From: Eimeria praecox
Lineage: Eukaryota
Direction: 5' to 3'
Length of the DNA stretch: 64,000 nucleotides
NCBI GenBank assembly: GCA_963920595.1
Contig: OY986946.1
Coordinates: 8,370,001-8,434,000 of the forward strand
Made by a program: the position numbers and the translations under genes. Position 1 is the stretch's first letter; each line of letters begins with the position of its first letter. Below the pieces are notes generated by a model, which was not told the origin of the DNA, did not search any database, and saw only the letters and a list, made by a program, of their open reading frames with translations. This document shows positions 1 through 13,486 of the stretch, piece by piece.

Positions 1-194
1 TTTGAATCTGCTGCATGCATGCATCGATAGCTGTTAAGATAAACAAAGATAATATACTTTTTTATTTTTTTGTAGAATGCATGCATTAAGATACTCAACT
101 CTTCAACACCTCAGAATTGTCTTCGCCAAATATCGAAGACGTTCTCTTTCATGCTGCTTCTCGCATATCTAATTACTCAAACGCCATATACAGT

Positions 195-239
<45 letters not shown>

Positions 240-471
240 GTACATATATAAGCAGCTGCAGCTAAGTTTACTGCAGCCCCTCAGCCACTCAGAGGCCTCT
301 CTGAGGGTCTCTATCATTTTTTTATAGAAATGTTTCTTCTAGTATTTGACTGCCTTCGCCATTAACGAAGATACTACACTTAGATGAAGAGAGTGTAAGT
401 ACACTTACAATTACAACTACACCGTATGTATAGGATGTCGATACATATACTTGTCTGTGATTCTCTTTATC

Positions 472-517
<46 letters not shown>

Positions 518-526
518 TATATATAG

Positions 527-586
<60 letters not shown>

Positions 587-1152
587 GCAGACAGATATAG
601 ATATAACTTTAGGTGTAGACATAGGCGTAGCTGTAGATATACAGATAAGAGTTATATGCATATATATATATATATATATATACAGAGAGAGATGGACAGA
701 CAGATAGACAAATAGACATATATATAGATAATATAGATCTATAGGTATAAAGATATTATATATATATATATATATATATAATAAACATAAAAATAGATAT
801 AGAGGTAGAAATAGATATAGATAATGGATATAGAGACAGATGTACGCTCGTTCTAATATTATTTTTAAGTATTATCTTAAGTTCTAATATAATTATTAAA
901 TATATTTAATTAATATAATCGATGACAGCAGCTTCAACACTCTCTTCATCTTTCTGGTGTATAGACACCTAAGGCGAAGGACATGAGGATGAAGAAGGAG
1001 ACAGAAGATAGCAGCAACTGCTGCTAGCTACAAAGGAGCTAGCTGCAGCATTCTTTGCTGCAGCAGCTGCTGGTATTACAGCAGCAGCAACAGCAGCAAC
1101 AGCAGCAACAGCAGCAGCAGCACCACCACCACCACCAGCAGCAAGACAGCCC

Positions 1153-1210
<58 letters not shown>

Positions 1211-1400
1211 TTTCTGTGAGTCTGTTTTATTATACTATTTGTTATTATTAAACTATCTGTCGTTTACGCTGCAGCGCCGCAGATTGCATGCAAACAGCAG
1301 CAAATAAATAATAAATAAATAGAGGAAAGAATATATATACAAGTTTATTGGTGCAGTGAGATAGTTGGAGGGTATGGTGGCTCGAGTTGATGGTATCGGA

Positions 1401-1462
<62 letters not shown>

Positions 1463-1535
1463 TGCTAGGGTCTTCGAGTGTTTATCTGTGTTTGTAAAAA
1501 AGAAACAAATACAAAATCCATTCAATAAAATAAAC

Positions 1536-1611
1536 TTAGGGTTTAGGGTTTAGGGTTTAGGGTTTAGGGTTTAGGGTTTAGGGTTTAGGGTTTAGGGTTT
1601 AGGGTTTAGGG
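1536..1611. repeat. Interstitial telomere-like (TTTAGGG)n tract
   Basis: About 10-11 perfect heptamers. Similar tracts occur at 11078-11129, 11991-12205, 12343-12377, 12766-12808, 20001-21075, 22927-23032, 28253-28302, 42695-42752, 42895-42951, 48314-48361 and 58330-58583. Confidence 0.95.
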
Positions 1612-1791
1612 CTTGGGACGACAGTAGGGTGTGTCTGAGCGACCCCACCGCTGGTAGGGGGATTGTCTGGGGTTTGCTGCAGCAGAGGAGGAGGTGCTGC
1701 TGCTGTTCTGTGTTTAGTGTATATATATTCTGTCTCTCTCATTGTTATTATAAATATAGAAGCTGTTGCTGCTGCAGGGATTATAGAGAAA

Positions 1792-1828
<37 letters not shown>

Positions 1829-2085
1829 AGCAGCAGGGCCCCCTCCTACATACTTGTTGCTACGTTTGAGTGCATTGTATATTTGACTCCTTTATATATT
1901 CTGTCTTTATTATATTTATTTATATTGCTTTTAAATAGCTGTCTTGAGCTGTATACGCAGCTTTCTTCTTCTTCCTCCCCTCCTGCTCCTGCTGCTGCTG
2001 CTGCTGCTGCGGCTGCTGCTGCTGCTGAGTGGTGTTGTCGCCCTTGCGAAGCCCGCAACAGCAGCAGCAACACCACCACCACCAC

Positions 2086-2123
<38 letters not shown>

Positions 2124-2311
2124 CGGCATCCCTTTGTGAGACTCTGCTGCTGCTGCTGCTGCTGCAGCAGGAGCGGCGCTGCGGGGTGGCAGCTGCCGTT
2201 TGCTGCAGCAACAGCAGCAGCAACAGCAGCAGCAACAGCACCACCATCAGCAGCAGCAGCAACCGAAACTTGCTGCTGCTGCAGCTGGAGACAAAGGAGG
2301 TGCTGCAGCAG

Positions 2312-2344
<33 letters not shown>

Positions 2345-2370
2345 TCTTAAGCAGCATCAGAGGAGGAACG

Positions 2371-2453
2371 ATGCAGCAGCAGCAGCAGCAGCAGCAAGTG
2401 CCCCTAGCTGCTCCTGTGGGTATGCCATGCCCGCAGCTTGCTGCAGCAGAACT

Positions 2454-2485
<32 letters not shown>

Positions 2486-2645
2486 TGCTCCCAGCAGCAA
2501 CTGCAGCACCCTCAGCAGCAGGTACAGCAACAACAACAACAACAGCAGCAGCAGCAGCTGCTGCTGCTGCTGCTGCTGCTGGCTTGTCCCCTTACAAAGG
2601 AAACGGGTTGTCTTCTATAGAGAGCGCGTGTCTTTCTTCGGAACC

Positions 2646-2687
<42 letters not shown>

Positions 2688-3541
2688 ATCTGCTGCTGTT
2701 GAATCTATGTCTGCTGCTGTAGATCTAAAGACATCAGCAGCAGCAGAAGAGCTGCAGCAACACGGTGACGCAGCAGCAACAACAGCAGCAGCAACAGCAA
2801 CAGCAGCAACAGCAGCAGCAACAGCAACAGCAGCAACAGCAGCAGAAATGCTAGGGCCTTCGTCTTGCTGTCTCCCTGCTGCAGCAGGAGACACAGGAGG
2901 AGACAGAGACGATGGGGGGCTTCTACCCGAGTCTTTCTTCGATCCTGCTGCAGCAAGCAGCCCTTCTGCTGCTTCAGACCTACAACAAAGCAGCAATATA
3001 TCTGCGTTTATCTCGCATGGATATAGTATAACCCCAGCAGCAACATCGCCTGTTGCTGCTACAGGTTCATTTGCTGCTGCTGCTGCTGCAGCAGAAGGTT
3101 TATTTGGGCTTAGAGAGAGACAAATACTCTTGCTGCAGCAGCAGCAGCAACTGCAGCAGCAGCTTGCTGCTGCAACTAGCCCCACACAGCAGCACCAACC
3201 TCCACACACTTTCTTACCTACGGCGCCTCCTGTTGCTGCTGTGGTGCCTCCTGTTGCTCCTGCTGCTCCTGCTGCTGCTGCTGCTGCTGTTCCTGCTGCA
3301 GCAGCAGGTAGAAGAATAGCAGCAAAGAGAGGCAGCCCACAGCCCCCCTCAGGACTAGCAGCAAGAATGACAGCAGCAGACAGCAGCAGCAGATACACTC
3401 GAACGAGTAGTGCTTCTGCTGCAGGACGTCCTTCAGCAGCAGCAGCAGCAGCAGCAGCAAATATACCCGCAGCAGCAGCAGCAGCAGCAGCAGGTTCGAG
3501 CTCTGTCATGTGTCCTAGCGGCAGTCGACAGCAGCAGCGCC

Positions 3542-3573
<32 letters not shown>

Positions 3574-3845
3574 ATAACAGCAGCAGCAGAAGGAGATATG
3601 CAGCAGGACGAAGGGCCAGGGAATGTAAGAGATGAGGAGGAGACAGGAGACACTTCGTGTGGGGCTGCTGCTGCTGCTGCTGCTTCAGGTGCTGCTGCTG
3701 CTGCTGCAGCAGCAGCAGCAACAGGACAAGAGCAGCAACAACAACAGCAACCACACCAACCCCAACAACAGCAGCAACAACAGCAACAACAGCAGCAGCA
3801 GCAACAACAACAGCAACAGCAACAGCAACACCAACAACAGCAGCA

Positions 3846-3880
<35 letters not shown>

Positions 3881-4067
3881 GTTTGAGAGGCTCTCGTGCT
3901 GCAGCAAAGAGCAGCGTAAGGATGAGCAGACTAACTCTTCTACGTCAACGAAAACAAAGGAGGCAGTTTGTAGGGGGAGGGGGCCTGTCTCCTCGTGTCT
4001 CCTCCTCTGTCTCCTCCTCTTGCGAAGATAGCAACAACTCCTCTACCCCAGTTAACAGCACAAACAA

Positions 4068-4126
<59 letters not shown>

Positions 4127-4338
4127 ATAATTTTCTGGGGTTAACATATCAAAGAAGTAGTCTGTCTCTACGGATAGCAGAGATAGTGAAGAGAACAATG
4201 AAGACACAACATAAAATTATTTGGTTGGAGAGAGGAGACAGTAAAGCCCTCCTCCCTCTACCGGGTGTAGAAGAAGAAGGTGTTTATATTGTATGGACAG
4301 ACAGAGGCCTCGATATACTTGTAGAAATACATGTATGC

Positions 4339-4390
<52 letters not shown>

Positions 4391-4537
4391 TTATCTGTTT
4401 AGTTAGCTATCTAACTATCTATTTATTTATATATTTATTTATATATTTATATATTTATTTATTTGTGTTTATAAGAAGGTGTTTATATTGTATGGACAGA
4501 CAGAGGCCTCGATATACTTGTAGAAATACATGTATGC

Positions 4538-4580
<43 letters not shown>

Positions 4581-4808
4581 TTTGTTTGTTTGTTTGTTTG
4601 TTTATTTAGTTAATTAATTAGCTATCTCTTTATATATTTATTTATATATTTATTTATATATTTATTTGTATATTTATTTATATATTTATTTATATATTTA
4701 TATATTTATTTATATATTTATTTATTTATGTTTATATTTATAAGAAGTTTATATCGTATGGACAGACGCAGCACTCGATATCCTTCTAGAAATACATTTA
4801 TATATATA

Positions 4809-4872
<64 letters not shown>

Positions 4873-5592
4873 TATAATATGTATGCTGTTTGTATTGTTT
4901 GTGTTGCTAGTATCTCCTCATACATACACATATCTATCTAGCTATATCAATATCTATATACCTGTATATCTATATATTTATATATCTTTCTATCTATCTA
5001 TCTATCTGTATATATATATAGATATCTACATATCTGTATATTCTAAATCTTTATCTATCTACATAATAAAAACAACATAATAACAATACAACTAACTAAC
5101 TAAATACAATAAAATATAATATAATATAATATAATATAATATAATATAATATAATATAATATAATATAATATAATATAATATAATATAATATAATATAAT
5201 ATAATATAATATAATATAATATAATATAATATAATATAATATAATATAATATAATATAATATAATATAATATAATATAATATAATATAATATAATATAAT
5301 ATAATATAATATAATATAATATAATAAATATAAATATTTTGGGGCTGTGTGTATGTGTGCGTGTAGCATTTACTTCCTCCTTCATCCTATCCGTTTGCTA
5401 GTGCTGCTCGAGAGAGACAGAGTATGAAGCCGTTTTTATTAATATCTTCTTCTGCTGTCTCTTCTTTATTCAATAATGTTTTAAGAAGGAAGGGGACAGT
5501 ACTAAATGCTAAACCTAAATCTGTGTTGCTTCGTCCATACACCTCAGGCAAGAAGACGCGAGCTGCTCTTGCTCTGTCTCTATCAGATACAG

Positions 5593-5635
<43 letters not shown>

Positions 5636-5712
5636 TTATAGCTGTAGTACTCCTACTGCAGCAGGAGGAGATATGCAACAGCAGCAAGGAGACAATAATA
5701 ATAACAGCAGCA

Positions 5713-5747
<35 letters not shown>

Positions 5748-5784
5748 CGCTCCAATCTAATGCAAGGAGACAGCCCCCGTGATT

Positions 5785-5818
<34 letters not shown>

Positions 5819-6140
5819 TAGTGGTGGTGGGGTGTCTCCTCGGGGATCATCACCACTGTCTCTCTTAGGATCTGATAGTAAGAGAGGCCGAGTATGTGTC
5901 TCTTCTCGGGGTGTATGTACACCTCTCACCCCACAACAAATATATTTAACAAAGAAAGGAAAAGTTGTAGGGGATGATTATATATTTTATAGAAGAAGAA
6001 CAGATAATGATGAGGGAGCAACAACATATAAACTGTCTCTTGCTGCACGGCGTCTCCCTCGGCCTGCTGCTCGAAATCATTTTAATTTTGATGTGTCTCC
6101 AAACTGTCTCCTCTCTCTTAATTCGAATTCTGCTGCTGCT

Positions 6141-6171
<31 letters not shown>

Positions 6172-6267
6172 GAACAGCAGCAGCAGGGACAGCAGAATCA
6201 GCAACAGATGCTACAGACCCCACATCTGCTGCAGCAGCAGCAATTAATTGCTCGTCATCATCATCAG

Positions 6268-6302
<35 letters not shown>

Positions 6303-6367
6303 GCAGGAGGCATCGGTAGCTCAACATCGTGTCCTTCTCTACGTGCATCATCATCAGCAGCAGCACT

Positions 6368-6411
<44 letters not shown>

Positions 6412-6645
6412 AACTCCAACCCTTAGCAGCAGAAGCAGCAGCTCGCGAGCATTTAGAGAAGGAAAAGAATAGATATATAACAGAAAGAGACAGAGGAGGA
6501 TGGAGAGGATGGGCCTACGCAGAAGATAATTGTGATATTAGTGGTTTTGATAGTGTTCTACAAATACCCGCGGCGCTTGCTAGTGAAGTTAGAGTCCTAC
6601 TAGGAATGCAAAACTCTATCATGGCACATAGATGCAAGTAAGGAG

Positions 6646-6722
<77 letters not shown>

Positions 6723-6745
6723 GAGAGAGAGATTAGAGAGGGAGA

Positions 6746-6793
<48 letters not shown>

Positions 6794-7431
6794 GTATACT
6801 GTCTCCTTCGGATGAGCTCTGTCTCTGTCTCTACTGTTTCGTTGACTGTCTGCTCTGGCTATACTCTGTACTCTGTCTCTGTCTGTCTCCGTGTCCTTCG
6901 CTCTCTCCTTCGCTGTCTCCTTTAGATATACTCTGTCTCTGTCTCTCTCTCTGTCTGTCTCTGTCTGTCTCTGTCTGTCTCTGTCCCTGTCTGTCTCTGT
7001 CTGTCTCTCTGTCTGTCTCTGTCTCTGTCTCTGTCTTCATCGCTGTCTCCGTAGACATAGAAACCCTGTCTCCTCTGTCTCTACTGTCTCCTCTGTCTCT
7101 ACTGTCTCCTCTGTGTCTACTGTCTCCTCTGTCTCTACTGTCTCCTCTGTCTCTACTGTCTCCTCTGTCTCTACTGTCTCCTCTGTGTCTACTGTCTCCT
7201 CTGTCTGTGCCGTCTCCTCTGTCTCTTCTGTCTCCTCTCTCTCTACTGTCTCCTCTATCTCTACTGTCTCTTATCAAACAGCCGTATCTATCTTTCTTTC
7301 TCTCTCTCTTTCTCTCTTTCTATCTTCTCTGTCTCCGCTCACGTAGTCTGTCTCTTGTGTCTCCTTCTGTATATATAAACTGTCTGTCTCCTTTGTCTCC
7401 TCTGATTTGATGTATTTGCTGCTGCTGCTGT

Positions 7432-7466
<35 letters not shown>

Positions 7467-7804
7467 CAGCAGCAGCAATATTATCCAATAGAATATCATT
7501 TGCTGCATGAATATATGTGATTGTGTGTTTGCTTCTGCTGTTGCTGCTGCTGCTGTTGCTGCTGCTGTTGCTGCTGCTGCTGTTGCTGTTGCTGCTGCTG
7601 CTGCTGCTGCTGCTGTTGCTGCTGCAGTGTGTCTCTAGCGAACCATCGTATTGTCTCTTCTTTACAGCGCCGTTGTAGATTTTTCGTGTTATCTCCAGAA
7701 GGAGAAGAGCGAGTAGCGGAGGTTAGGCCTTTCGCTGCTCCCGATAAGATATGTGATGATGCTTGGGCTTTGTACAGACAGCAACAAATTAAAAGTGCTG
7801 CTGC

Positions 7805-7842
<38 letters not shown>

Positions 7843-8156
7843 CTCCTAATCCTCCTAATACACAGACAGATCATCGCATACAACGAAATAAACATATTAA
7901 AGAAGAAGATACACATACACACAAACAACAGCAACAACAGCAACAGCAGCAAGAGCAAGAGCAGCAACAGCAGCAAGAACAAGAACAGCAGCAGCAGCAG
8001 CAGCAAGAACAAGAGCAGCAGCAGCAGCAGCAAGAGCAGCAGCAGCAGCAGCAAGAAATGCAGGAAGAAACAACAGGACGAACGAGAGGAGGGGTTAAAA
8101 GAGCAGCAGCAGCAGCAGCAGCAACTGCTGCTGCTGCTGATGATGCACCAAGCCCT

Positions 8157-8200
<44 letters not shown>

Positions 8201-8688
8201 GCAGCGAAGGGGACGAGGCTGTAGGAAAGGAGACACAGCAGAGTTTGCTGCTGCAGCAGCAGCAACAGCAGCAGCAGCAAGAGGAGAGGAATGTACAGGA
8301 CAGGAAGAAGAGAAATCTGCAGCAGATGCAGCAGCAGCAGCAGCAGCAGAAGCAGCAGCAGCAGATGAAACTACAACAGCTACGGGTGAAGGGGAGAGTA
8401 TGGCATTTGACGCAAAACCCGAAGGAGACAAGGAGACAGCAGCAGCTGCAGCAGCAGCAGCAGCTGCTGCTGCTGCTACTGCAGGAGCAGCAGAAGAAGC
8501 AGCAGCAACAGCAGCAGGAGTAGAACAACAACAACAGCAGCAGGAACAGCAGCAACAGCAGCAGCAGCAGCAACAGCAGCAAGATACGGAAGAAGAAGAG
8601 AAGAAGAAGACAGAAGGAGCTGCAGATACACCTGAACGCCCGTCAGAGGAGACAGGCAAAGCGGGAGAAGGAGACGGCTCAACAACCC

Positions 8689-8720
<32 letters not shown>

Positions 8721-9445
8721 GCAGCAACAGGAACAGGAACAGCAACAACAGGACCATCAAATACATCGTTAGGATTAGAGGAAGATGAAGAAGAAGATTA
8801 TATATCTCTATCTGATCTGTCTCCTTCTTCAATGTACGTAGGAGATAGTTCGTGTCTTGTCTCTGTTAATCTATTGCCTCCTGGTTGCCGGGTAGAAGTG
8901 GAGTACCCCACTGAGTTTCATTCTTATATGGAGACAGACAGAATACGAATTGCGAGTAAACAACAAATCAAAACTACTCTTAATAAATTGAAGACATACG
9001 CAGAACAACTTAATAAGTAAGACACACACCCTACTACTGCTGCTGCTGCTGCTGTTGCTGCTGCTGGTGGTGCTGCTGTTGCTGCTGCTGGTGGTGCTGG
9101 TGGTGGTGGTGGTGGTGGTGGTGGTGGAGGGCTGCTGGTGGTGGTGGAGGGGCTGCTGCTGCTGCTCTTGTTGTTGCTCGAGATGCTGTTGCTGCTGCTG
9201 CTGCTGCTGTTGGAGGGGCTGCTGTTGCTTCTGCTGTTGCTGCTGCTGCTGTTGCTGTTGTATATCTGCTGCTGCTGTATGTGTGTATGTCTTGTTTTTT
9301 ATATTTTATGTTTTGTTTGTTGCTGTATATTATATTTATTTCAAACAAACAAATAAACAAATAATAAACAAATAAGAAGAAGAAGTTTGTAGAGGAAGAA
9401 AATCAGTAGAAAAAATAATATAAAATAATTAAGAGACGCATACAG

Positions 9446-9490
<45 letters not shown>

Positions 9491-9545
9491 GTCTATCTAT
9501 CTATCTATCTATATCTATCTATATCTATCTATATCTATATATCTA

Positions 9546-9584
<39 letters not shown>

Positions 9585-9615
9585 ATCTATCTATCTATAT
9601 CTATCTATCTATCTA

Positions 9616-9664
<49 letters not shown>

Positions 9665-9820
9665 GTGCGTAGGCCTCTGATTTTTCTGCCATAAACTTAG
9701 CTCAGAACGCTACGAATTTGTATTGGAATTTAAGTCGATTTGATCGAGGAGGATGTGTAGAGAGAGCATTACAGTCTCTCTGTCCTAAGTTCGGTGCTGC
9801 TCTTAAGAGGAGGCGTGTCT

Positions 9821-9864
<44 letters not shown>

Positions 9865-9948
9865 TGTAGTGGCGGGGGAAGTGCTGGAAGTGCGAATAGC
9901 ACAAGTTGCGGTGCAATTCATACCAATACAGCAGCAACAACAGCAGCA

Positions 9949-10005
<57 letters not shown>

Positions 10006-10303
10006 GAAGAAGGACGTGTAGGTAAAAGACACCGTAGCAGCAATTTAGGTTAACAAGAGATTTGAACGACAACATGAAGCAAATGTATTTTTTGAGTTTA
10101 TGAGTTTAGAATTTATGAAAAGAAGTAATAAATTAAAACAACGAAAAGAAGAATTGAAAGATATACTCGCGCAAAAAAAAAAAACAAGGATCCCTCATGG
10201 TATTGATGATGAGGCTTCACTTATTAATGCCTTCATCGATCAAGAAACAGGTTTGACGAAGTAGGTCTTATCTTAGTTTATTTTATTTTATTTTATTTTA
10301 TTA

Positions 10304-10353
<50 letters not shown>

Positions 10354-10477
10354 GTGTATATATATGCCTCATGGTATTGATGATGAGGCTTCACTTATTA
10401 ATGCCTTCATCGATCAAGAAACAGGTTTGACGAAGTAGGTCTTATCTTAGTTTATTTTATTTTATTTTATTTTATTA

Positions 10478-10519
<42 letters not shown>

Positions 10520-10646
10520 ATATGTGTATATATATGCCTCATGGTATTGATGATGAGGCTTCACTTATTAATGCCTTCATCGATCAAGAAACAGGTTTGA
10601 CGAAGTAGGTCTTATCTTAGTTTATTTTATTTTATTTTATTTTATT

Positions 10647-10687
<41 letters not shown>

Positions 10688-10810
10688 ATATGTGTATATA
10701 TATGCCTCATGGTATTGATGATGAGGCTTCACTTATTAATGCCTTCATCGATCAAGAAACAGGTTTGACGAAGTAGGTCTTATCTTAGTTTATTTTATTT
10801 TATTTTATTA

Positions 10811-10862
<52 letters not shown>

Positions 10863-11020
10863 GTGTATATATATGCCCCATGGTATTGATGATGAGGCTT
10901 CTCTTATTAATGCATTCATCGATCAAGAAACAGGTCTAACCAAGTAGGTCTTATCTTTGTTTATTTTATTTTATTTTATTTTATTTTTATTTTATTTTAT
11001 TTTATTTAATACATATACGC

Positions 11021-11070
<50 letters not shown>

Positions 11071-12532
11071 CACCGCATTTAGGGTTTAGGGTTTAGGGTT
11101 TAGGGTTTAGGGTTTAGGGTTTAGGGTTTGTGTCTATCAGGCGTCCCTTGTCTCTTCTGTCTCCTTCTCAACGGCGTGTTTTATATTTATACTGTCTCCA
11201 ACATAACTTTCACGCAAATATACAAATAAAAAAAATAATAGGAAAGGGGAGAGGAGTGTTAGCTGCAGATTTAATTAGAAAAGACGATTTCGTTATTGGT
11301 GAGCTGTCTGTCTCCTTTATATACTGTCTCCTTTATATACTGTCTCCTTTATATACTGTCCCCTTTATATGCTGTCTCCTTTATTAACTGTCTCCTGCTG
11401 CTGCTGCTGTCTCCTGATGCTGCTGCTGTCTCCTGATGCTGCTGCTGTCTCCTGATGCTGCTGCTGTCTCCTGATGCTGCTGCTGCTGTCTCCTTTATTA
11501 ACTATCTCCTGCTGCTGCTGCTGTCTCCTGCTGCTGCTGCTGGTGTCTCCTTTATTATCTGTCTCCTGTTTGATCTGTCTGGTGTATCTGTCTCCTTTGT
11601 TGCTGCTGTCCCCCCTTGTCTGTCTCCTTACTTGCTGCTGTCTCCTCTCTGTCTCCTGTGTCTGTCTCCTTTCGTGCTGCTGTCTCTTCTGTCTCCTCTC
11701 GCTTCTCTCTCTCTCTCTATTTTATTTTTTTTATATTTTTTTATATCATTTATAAATAATAATACTTATATATTATTATTATTAATTATTATTTATTATT
11801 TATTATTTATTATTTATTATTTATTATTTATTATTTATTATTTTTACAAGTGTCTCCTTCTGTCTCTACTGTCTCCTTTCTGTCTCTTCAAATAAATAAA
11901 ACAGAATATAAAGGAGAACTCTGCTCTGAAAGAGAGGCAAGAGAAAGAGATATACGCTATGACAGATCAAGATGTTCTAAAGGGTAAGCTAGGGTTTAGG
12001 GTTTAGGGTTTAGGGTTTAGGGTTTAGGGTTTGTGTTTTTTTCTTAGGATTTAGGGGTTTAGGGTTTGTGTTTATTTTTGAGGGTTTAGGGTTTAGGACT
12101 TGCATGTCTATATAGGGTTTTGAGGGTTTAGGGTTTATTATTAATGTGTGGATATTAGGGTTTAGGGTTTAGGGTTTAGGGTTTAGGGTTTAGGGTTTAG
12201 GGTTTGTGTATAGGAGCTTTATGTTTTATTTCAAATATAAAGATAGACAGATGAGCATCGATGCGACAGACGAACGATTAGAATTTGGGCCCGCAAGATT
12301 AATAAACCATTCAAGAAAAAACCCTAACCTCAAACCCAAAGTAGGGTTTAGGGTTTAGGGTTTAGGGTTTAGGGTTTGGGGGGTAGCTGCTGTCGAAGAT
12401 AGACACATCCTACAGATTAACAAACAATTTAATTATAATTAATTATAATTAATTATAATTAATTATAATTAATTAATTAATTAATTAACTATACAAGCAA
12501 ATAGGGAGACAGATGAGGGGCCAAATAGAACA

Positions 12533-12591
<59 letters not shown>

Positions 12592-12601
12592 CCTGCTATT
12601 G

Positions 12602-12652
<51 letters not shown>

Positions 12653-12907
12653 AGGCGGAGGCTGTTGATGGAGATGCAAACGATCTAAGACTTTTCTTCG
12701 TTGCTCTTAGAGACATTCACGAGTAAATACAACCCTAACCCTAACCCCCCTTCTAGTATATACCTAGGGTTTAGGGTTTAGGGTTTAGGGTTTAGGGTTT
12801 AGGGTTTGGGGTGTATGTACTGGATATACAGGGGAGAAGAGCTGCTCGTAGACTACGGTGAGAGAGACCCTGAGGCCTTGAAGCAAAACCCGTGGCTAAA
12901 TGAGTAG
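2371..12907 (+). CDS. SET8: SET-domain histone lysine methyltransferase, SET8/PR-Set7 (KMT5A, H4K20) family, with a long low-complexity N-terminus; multi-exon
   Basis: Exons joined in phase: 2371-4332, 5367-6637, 7628-9016, [about 9673-10017, junctions unresolved], 10049-10260, 11141-11298, 11905-11983, 12214-12340, 12655-12722, 12832-12907. The C-terminal exons read [25 protein letters not shown]...[19 protein letters not shown]...[13 protein letters not shown]...[33 protein letters not shown]. These are the SET motifs (RxINHS, GEELxxDY) plus the PWL tail typical of SET8. The start codon is the first in-frame ATG and is uncertain. Confidence 0.85.
4274..4797 (+). repeat. Three copies of the end of SET8 exon 1 (the exon, an identical intronic copy and a diverged intronic copy)
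   Basis: AAGAAGGTGTTTATATTGTATGGACAGACAGAGGCCTCGATATACTTGTAGAAATACAT|GTATGC at about 4274-4338 and 4473-4537; diverged copy at 4742-4797. Confidence 0.93.
5113..5323. repeat. (ATATA)n pentanucleotide microsatellite in SET8 intron 1
   Basis: About 42 perfect units. Confidence 0.95.
7066..7270. repeat. 18-bp minisatellite (CTGTCTCCTCTGTCTCTA)n in SET8 intron 2
   Basis: About 11 units read directly. Confidence 0.85.
10193..10960 (+). repeat. Five tandem units of about 170 bp, each a 68-nt SET8 exon end + GTAGG donor + intron start
   Basis: Copies start at 10193 (the real exon), 10367, 10537, 10705 and 10876. Confidence 0.95.
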
Positions 12908-13368
12908 CTGCTGCTGCTGCTGCTGCTGCTGCTGCAGCAGCAGCAGGAGCAGCAGCAGGAGCAGCAGCTTGCTGCAGCAGCAGCATGTTTGTTAGCTGCT
13001 GCTGCTGCTGCAGCAGCAGAAGCAGCAGCTTGCTGCAGCAGCAGCAGTGTTTGTTAGCTGCTGCTGCTGTTGCTGCTGCAACAGCAGCAGCAACCCCTGC
13101 TGTTGCTGCTGCAACAGCAGCAGCAACAGCAGCAGCAACCCCAACATTTTGATGTTCTCTCCTGCTGCAGCAGCATCAGCAGCAATACTTTGATTAGCTG
13201 CTATTGCTGCTGCAGCAGATATGGGATTTGCTGCTGCTGCTGCAGCAGAACTTTGATCCCCTGCAGCAGCAGCAGCAGCAGCAGCAGCAAAGCTTTGATT
13301 CGGCTGCTGCTGCTGCTGCTGCTGTTCTATCGCTGGATGTACAGCGGAGACAGCAGCAATAACAATGA

Positions 13369-13399
<31 letters not shown>

Positions 13400-13486
13400 G
13401 ATCTATAAGGAGACAAGAGGAGACAGAGAGAAAGAGACAGGAGACAGCAGACACACTGTATCAGCAAAAACAAGACACACGCAGCA

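Noticed and set aside
2592..3653. 353-aa antisense ORF, and the similar 16216-17241, 22008-22883 and 55879-57759 ORFs
   Set aside because: These are shadow frames of CAG/CTG-rich coding exons, which lack stops in several frames.
10193..10960. CRISPR-like repeat-spacer appearance
   Set aside because: Eukaryotic context, the 'spacers' are near-identical microsatellites, the repeat is an exon end, and there are no cas genes.
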